Assembly (NCBI GenBank): GCA_022706785.1
Contig: JAKJBW010000008.1
Location: 19,826 to 83,825 of the forward strand
From: Bacillota bacterium
Lineage (GTDB): Bacteria > Bacillota > Clostridia > UBA1381 > UMGS1253
Reading direction: 5' to 3'
Length of the DNA stretch: 64,000 nt
The translations under genes and the position numbers were made by a program. The notes beneath the pieces were generated by a model. It did no database searches, was not told the DNA's origin, and saw only the letters and a program-made list of their open reading frames with translations. Of this stretch, positions 60,543-64,000 are shown piece after piece; the stretch's first letter is position 1, and the number at the start of each line of letters is the position of its first letter.

Positions 60543-61445
60543 CTATGCCTTTATCATTCTCTCCAAGCTGTTTGCGGCCTTTTCTATGATCTTTTCGCTT
60601 AAAATAACCTCATCATCCATTGTTTCAAGCGTGTACAGCACATCTGCAAGCGTAATTTTCTTCATATTGGGACAGATAAAATTTCCGGCTGCCATGTGGA
60701 ATATCTTATGGGGATTGTCGCTTTTAAGTTTAGTCAAAATCCCTTCCTCGGTGCCGATGATAAATTCATTTTTTTCGGAATTTGTGACATAGGCTATGAT
60801 TTCAGATGTGCTGCCCACGAAATCGGCTGCCGCGGCAACCTCTATCGGCGTTTCGGGGTGCACCAAAAGCTCTGCTTCCGGGTAAGCGTGTTTTGCGCGG
60901 TTGATATTTTCGATTGTGATCCGGTTGTGAGTAGGGCAGTAGCCGTCAAAAAAATAAAACGTTTTTTCGCTCACCTGGCTTGCCACGTAACCGCCCAGAT
61001 TTTTGTCGGGAATAAAGATGATTTCCTTCTCCTTAAGGCCCTTTACAAGGCGCACCGCATTTGAGGACGTGCAGCAGATGTCGCTTTCCGCCTTTACTTC
61101 GGCGCTTGAATTCACATATGTTACCACCACTGCGTTTGGATGCGCAGCGCGCAGCTTTTTCACATCGTAAGGGTGTATCATGTCGGCCATTGGACAGCCG
61201 GCCAGTTTGTTTGGAATAAAGACCTTTTTTTCGGGGCTTAATATTTTGGCACTCTCCGCCATAAAGTAAACGCCGCAAAATACAATAACATCGGCGTCCG
61301 ACGCCTTTGCCTTTTTGGACAAATCCAGCGAATCACCGACGAAATCAGCTATTTTGTATATTTCGGCAGGTTGATAGAAATGTGCTAAAATAACAGCGTT
61401 CCGCTCTTTTTTCAGCCCTGCTATTCTTTCATATATATCCGACAA
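60543..61445 (-). CDS. nadA: quinolinate synthase
   Basis: A 300-aa protein containing ILAHFYQ, YFMAESAKIL and three Cys ligand regions. TTG 61445 is the start, after AGAGGTGA. Confidence 0.93.
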   Translation of the reverse strand: MSDIYERIAGLKKERNAVILAHFYQPAEIYKIADFVGDSLDLSKKAKASDADVIVFCGVYFMAESAKILSPEKKVFIPNKLAGCPMADMIHPYDVKKLRAAHPNAVVVTYVNSSAEVKAESDICCTSSNAVRLVKGLKEKEIIFIPDKNLGGYVASQVSEKTFYFFDGYCPTHNRITIENINRAKHAYPEAELLVHPETPIEVAAAADFVGSTSEIIAYVTNSEKNEFIIGTEEGILTKLKSDNPHKIFHMAAGNFICPNMKKITLADVLYTLETMDDEVILSEKIIEKAANSLERMIKA

Positions 61446-61510
61446 AACAAATCACCTCTATTGTTTATTATGCCACGCTTCAAATAAAAAAATCAGGCTT
61501 GGATATTGCA

Positions 61511-61678
61511 ATTAGGGTATGCCTTCAAATAGGCGGAATGCACAAAAGCGAGATGCTTTTTAGCCAGACGCGGCGGCAGGAAGCGCGAATACTTTGTGTA
61601 TTTAAGCTTCCGCGGGCAAAGTGTGGCGGAAAAACAGCCGCTTTAGGGCGTTTTGACTATTTGAAAGCATACCCTAAT
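61511..61678. repeat. 168-nt element closed by a 21-bp inverted repeat (candidate structured RNA, operator pair or MITE-like element) upstream of nadA
   Basis: ATTAGGGTATGCCTTCAAATA (61511-61531) and TATTTGAAAGCATACCCTAAT (61658-61678) are complementary at 20 of 21 positions. There are internal hairpins at 61544-61560 and 61579-61611. Confidence 0.7.
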
Positions 61679-61959
61679 GTATCAAATCGGCGCAGATTTG
61701 TCAATGACAGGCGGCATCATTGCTCAAAAAATTTCGTAAAAGGTAAAATAAAACCTTTCATACAGGTTTTGCGATGAAAAAGAAAGAACATACACTTATG
61801 GGTTTAGTAATTTATCATCCGCAGATGGTGTCCAAGAACATTGTTATTTTGAAAGTCACAATTTCTTAAAGGAGTCAGTTAAAACTTTTACACACGAAAA
61901 GCTTTAATGCGTCCGCCATGGATAAAACCATTACCAATATTAAAGCAAGAGATGTTATA

Positions 61960-64000
61960 TCAATAAACAATGGTGATTTTTTGGGCCAATTCTTCCCATA
62001 GTACTTTAGCGCCAACGCTTTCGCAGACAAAACGGAGAGGTAAATATATTTTTTCATTAATCATCTGTGGCGCTACATCCGTTTTTATGAGTTGGCCGTT
62101 TAATTCACACGCTAAACTATCTATAGTCAAAATCAGTTTTTTATCTGACAGATTAACAGTAATCTTTTGGTTTTTATCGTTCCACATTACCTGCCCTCCA
62201 AGAGCTTCAATCACTTCCCTTATAGGAATCAACGTTCGGTTGTCTCTAATAACAGGAGGAGATGGGATATTAACCTTACTATTATTAATACGCATTGTAG
62301 ACTTACCCACATTTAATGAAATAACTTGCGTAACGACCTCTTTCCATTCTGTTTGCGATCCATAGAACTCCGATGGAATAATCTTATATTGCAAATCTTG
62401 GATAGGATACTGCGATCTTCGTTTTGAATTCAGCCCCCAGCAGAGTAGACTGCCTTCACTGTCAATGGCGAAATGTGTTTGGCCATTGCTGGCAATTGAT
62501 ACAATGTTCTTCAAACCATCTACCATGCCTTTCTGCATAGATAAATAATAATAGTTAGAATCTGAGTTTTGCCACACTGTACCATCCTGCATCAGCGAAA
62601 GTTCATGCTCAGTTGTGACTATTTTAGGGTCAACCTCAATCGGCGTAGCAATCCCCACACACTTTCCATCAATAAAGTTTATTCTGAACTCATAAGCAGC
62701 AAAACTTCCTTCCGGAACCGAATCAATGCCGCCAATAGAATCTAAAAATAATTTAACAAAATAATTTTCGCTGTTGATGGGTATCCTTGCGTTTTCTCTC
62801 CAAGTGAATACATTGATAGCATTGTTCTTCCTGTCTACAGTTACTTGGAAGGTCAGAAACTGAATAGACTCATTGGTCGAAGGGATACCTGTCACTCGTC
62901 CAAATACGTTTCCGTCCAACTTCTCGCAGGTAACCAACTCATCAAAAAAACCAGACATAATAAGCATATATACATTTCCAGCCCTGTCTATTGCGCCACA
63001 ATATGTATGTATAGAAAAAATACTCACAATATCAGAAAGTTCAGGTATTTGCCTTGGTATCATTGCGTCGTTTTCCGATCCATTGATAGATTCCCACATC
63101 CACACCGTGTTATCATTTTTTAACGCCAATATATACCGATCCCATATGACAATGTCAGAAACATTATCTATCTGCACCTTCTTGAGCCGCTCACTTGAGT
63201 TAACGCTGTCTAAAAGACAGACAGAACCGTCATTGTACAATATATAGATTCCAGATACAAAAGAGTGATAATCCATAGCAACCTTTTTAGCATTATGCAC
63301 ATCATCCAGTTTATATGGAACAGGAACATAATCGGAAAATCCATTCCCCAATTTGCCGTTTTGATTAATCCCTAAAGTAACCAGCCTGCCGTCTGAACAA
63401 ACTATATAGTAACTGCCCGCCATGACCGCAACGTCGCGGCACCCGCTAAATTCTTTTAATTCCATAAGTTCTTCACTCTCACCGTCAAACAGCCATACGG
63501 TGTTGTCATATTTAACACCTAAATAATCATTAAAATCGTATGAAAAAATCTTGTACTCCGCCTTCAAATCAGGATCATTCAAATTAGGATCATATGTAGT
63601 TTTGTTATATAAAAACGGCTCTCTTGAATCAATTTCTTCTTCATTCTTATATTGCTTCCCGTCTTTGGAAAGGGAAAACAAGCAAGTGACACCTCCGTCG
63701 CGCCGGATGTTAATTGCAGCAATATTACTCAAATAAGGCAACATAACAGGAATATCGGAATTATAGGACAGCAAGTCCCACGTGTCGCCCCAACACCAAA
63801 CACTTCCGTCCGATTTTAATACAGCATTCATATTATCATCGACAGCTATGTCAATAATACCATCAAGCCCTTTAAGCTGAATCGGAGCAAATCGATCCGT
63901 TTGAGTTCCGTCTGCATTAGCTCCCCAGACCCATACTGTTCCGTCGTCCTTTAGTGCGACAACATGATTATTGCCGGTATCGACTTTGACGTATCCGGCC
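61960..64000 (-). CDS. RCC1-like beta-propeller repeat protein with a C-terminal copper-amine-oxidase-N-terminal-like domain; the 5' end lies beyond the window
   Basis: The reading frame stays open upstream of the ORF-track Met (63831) to the window edge, reading AGYVKVDTGNNHVVALKDDGTVWVWGANADGTQTDRFAPIQLKG. Repeated DG(S/T)VW.WG blades and a GINQNGKLGNG motif are present. The C-terminus, RTLIPIREVIEALGGQVMWND...KIYLPLRFVCESVGAKVLWE, resembles Cu_amine_oxidN1 domains. The region is markedly AT-rich. Confidence 0.7.
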   Translation of the reverse strand, partial: AGYVKVDTGNNHVVALKDDGTVWVWGANADGTQTDRFAPIQLKGLDGIIDIAVDDNMNAVLKSDGSVWCWGDTWDLLSYNSDIPVMLPYLSNIAAINIRRDGGVTCLFSLSKDGKQYKNEEEIDSREPFLYNKTTYDPNLNDPDLKAEYKIFSYDFNDYLGVKYDNTVWLFDGESEELMELKEFSGCRDVAVMAGSYYIVCSDGRLVTLGINQNGKLGNGFSDYVPVPYKLDDVHNAKKVAMDYHSFVSGIYILYNDGSVCLLDSVNSSERLKKVQIDNVSDIVIWDRYILALKNDNTVWMWESINGSENDAMIPRQIPELSDIVSIFSIHTYCGAIDRAGNVYMLIMSGFFDELVTCEKLDGNVFGRVTGIPSTNESIQFLTFQVTVDRKNNAINVFTWRENARIPINSENYFVKLFLDSIGGIDSVPEGSFAAYEFRINFIDGKCVGIATPIEVDPKIVTTEHELSLMQDGTVWQNSDSNYYYLSMQKGMVDGLKNIVSIASNGQTHFAIDSEGSLLCWGLNSKRRSQYPIQDLQYKIIPSEFYGSQTEWKEVVTQVISLNVGKSTMRINNSKVNIPSPPVIRDNRTLIPIREVIEALGGQVMWNDKNQKITVNLSDKKLILTIDSLACELNGQLIKTDVAPQMINEKIYLPLRFVCESVGAKVLWEELAQKITIVY

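Noticed and set aside
61499-61777. A 92-aa plus-strand ORF across the nadA upstream element, and a 31-codon ORF at 61774-61869.
   Set aside because: Neither has an RBS. The 92-aa ORF has an R/K/C-rich composition with no domain resemblance, and it spans the inverted-repeat element, which is better explained as non-coding.

Overview
This window looks like core chromosome from a spore-forming Clostridia-type Firmicute. The gene content (SpoIIP, HemZ, DUF512-der-plsY-gpsA, TmcAL, KOW protein between map and infA) suggests Oscillospiraceae/Ruminococcaceae, and spot counts put most of it above 50% GC. From 1 to 23.5 kb it is mostly minus-strand housekeeping: pta, tmcAL, gpsA, plsY, der, DUF512 radical SAM, pyrE, a nucleoside phosphorylase, a patatin-like lipase, an AraC regulator, a SEDS protein, GH116, a TGS-like/uridine-kinase fusion, hemZ, an MBL hydrolase, relA and recJ. 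From 23.8 to 37.8 kb it is plus-strand envelope and metabolism genes: oadB plus a 47-aa OadG-like ORF missing from the ORF track, a Gfo/Idh/MocA oxidoreductase, ddl, murI, DUF1934, argS, an S41 peptidase, a DD-carboxypeptidase, spoIIP (minus strand) and an NDP-sugar pyrophosphorylase/PMM fusion. From 38.2 to 54.2 kb lies a complete S10-spc-alpha ribosomal cluster (rpsJ to rplQ, with secY, adk, map, infA, rpmJ, rpoA). Several ORF-track starts in this cluster were trimmed to RBS-supported starts. Downstream come a clan GH-A-like hydrolase, a KimA-type K+ transporter, nadCBA (minus strand) and an AT-rich RCC1-like surface protein that runs off the window. I found no convincing multi-gene novel system such as a defence island, CRISPR array, mobile element or biosynthetic cluster. 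The features most worth a second look are non-coding: (1) a 168-nt element upstream of nadA closed by a 21-bp helix; (2) a duplicated ~100-bp hairpin/extended -10 module upstream of a DUF2238-like membrane gene; and (3) a terminator/antiterminator-like arrangement in a ~330-nt S10 operon leader. Lesser oddities are an orphan CapV-like patatin whose 3' end overlaps a convergent gene by 90 bp, an orphan OadB/OadG pair, and replacement of the usual post-rplQ genes by lower-GC cargo.
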